A stretch of DNA of 63,676 bases, filler included, from Octopus bimaculoides (taxonomy: Eukaryota): NCBI RefSeq assembly GCF_001194135.2. It is 4 parts of 4 records of this genome, joined end to end, with 100 filler letters (N's around TTAATTAATTAA, not from the genome) between each part and the next. Parts side by side here need not be neighbours in the genome. Positions count along the whole stretch, not along the records: positions 59,142 to 63,676 come from NC_068997.1; 3 more parts are not named here. One strand, given 5' to 3'. The position numbers and the translations under genes are program-made. How positions within the stretch are numbered: position 1 is the stretch's first letter; every line of letters begins with the position of its first letter. The notes beneath the pieces were generated by a model. The model did no database searches, was not told where the DNA came from, and saw nothing but the letters and a program-made list of their open reading frames with translations. Below, one piece after another: positions 62,041 through 63,676 of this stretch.

Positions 62041-62130
62041 GGGATTCCTTCAGTTTCCGTCTATCAAATCATTCACAAGGCTGAACCCGGAACCATGTGG
62101 TTGGGAAGCAAACTTCTTACCACACGACCA
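62035..62130 (-). mobile_element. SINE family A fragment
   Basis: Reverse complement of the head and gatagacggaaactgaaggaatcc. Confidence 0.7.
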
Positions 62131-62439
62131 TCCCTTCATTATATTCACATAGGTATTTAAATGCATGCGTGATTTAGTTTTTGCTTAGCTCACGACAGCC
62201 GATCCTTGATCAACGCGCCCTATCGTATATAGACTAAGTATATCTAAGTAGTTCTACATTATCCAGAGACTCCAGCACCAGCACCTATCAGCACCACCAT
62301 TACCAGTATCACCATCCGGTATCACTATATCGATGTTACATACAAGTGTCTATATTTTTACTTGTTATTATACGTTTATCTTGCATAAACACCAACTCAC
62401 TATTTAATACACGCTATAATGCTAACACATACAGCAATC

Positions 62440-63619
62440 ACAATTGCATTAGCAACAGCAATAACATCAACAGAATTCAATAAAATAGCAACATCAGCAA
62501 AGATAAGGAAAATGTGAGCAACAGTAGCAATAGCAACAACAACACAAAAATAGCAATAATAACAAGATAATGGATAAAACTAACAGTCAAAACAATCGCA
62601 ACAAAATGCAGCCGAAAAGAAATCACAATAGCAACGGACACACAAATAAGTGCAGCAGAAACAACAAAGTTATCAGCAATAGCAACAGGTGGAGGAAAAG
62701 GATAACTGCATCGACAACGACAGAAGTGATGACATATCGACAATTAGCAACGTCAGCGAATATGATAAGTAATATCAACGACAAAAAAGGGAGATGGAGG
62801 AGACAATAGCAACGGAAAACGTCATCAGCGAAAACCAAGATAGCAACCTTAGCAACAACAACTACTACGAAGACAACAACAGCAACGACAAGAACAAGAA
62901 CAGCTATAACAACAGCAACAACAACTACAACAGAAACAACAACTACGACAACAACTACAACAAAAATAACTGCGAGAACTACAACAACAACAACATGAAC
63001 AATTACAATAAGAACAAGAACAACAACAAAAACAGTTGCAGCTGCAGCAACAGCAGTAACAACTACAACAACAGCAGCTGCAGCAACAATAACAACAACA
63101 ACAGTTGCAGCTGCAGCAACAACAACAACAACAACAACAACAACAGCTGCAGCAACAACAGCAGCAGCAGCTGCAGCAACAACAACAACAACAACAACAG
63201 CTGCAGCAACAACAGCAACAATTACAACAACAACAACAGCAGCTGCAGCAACAACAACAACAACAACAGCTGCAGCAACAAACAAGAATAACTGCAACAA
63301 GAGGAACCAAAGAAAAGATAGCAACAACTGCAGTGGAAATTGCAACGATTGCAACAACAACAACAACAATAATAATAATAATAATAATAATAGGAATGAT
63401 AAGTGGACAGATGGAATCACGAAGGAAGAAGAGACATGGCCAGGAATGTATGAAGAGCATCAACAATAACAACTGGAACAACTCCACCATCTTGACCAGC
63501 AGCAGCAGCAGATCACGATGATCACAAATACCGTCACTACCAACAACAAAAACAACAACCACAAAAAAAAAATCTCTTCCACCACCACCACCACCACCAC
63601 TACTACTACTACTGGTACC

Positions 63620-63658
<39 letters not shown>

Positions 63659-63676
63659 ATCACCATCACCACCACC
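62440..63676. repeat. Long compound CAA/CAG/TAA/TAC/CAC trinucleotide field
   Basis: Direct inspection. Confidence 0.9.

Overview
AT-rich eukaryotic genomic DNA, very likely an octopus (coleoid cephalopod). This is inferred from the octopus-type tRNA-derived and Nin-domain SINEs, the single-exon C2H2 zinc-finger gene and the dense microsatellites. Three 100-bp N44-TTAATTAATTAA-N44 cassettes show the window is four joined scaffold pieces. Real genes: an 11-finger C2H2 ZNF (170-1231, minus), an intronless-CDS DUF229 alkaline-phosphatase-superfamily membrane protein (15595-17520, plus), and exon 1 of an APLF-like FHA gene (43458-43553, minus; absent from the ORF track). A SINE-interrupted ZNF pseudogene lies at about 9731-10496. 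The rest is mostly transposon relics: mariner and maT DNA transposons, RTE, HERO-like and Tx1-like LINEs, two Penelope elements, five or more SINE families and many MITE/foldback elements. Most notable finds: a type I hammerhead ribozyme fold downstream of a Penelope GIY-YIG ORF (30006-30087, minus), a second decayed hammerhead-like motif in the APLF intron, and a maT transposase whose first catalytic-Asp motif is amplified four times in frame. Almost all other ORF-track entries are microsatellite or N-gap artefacts.
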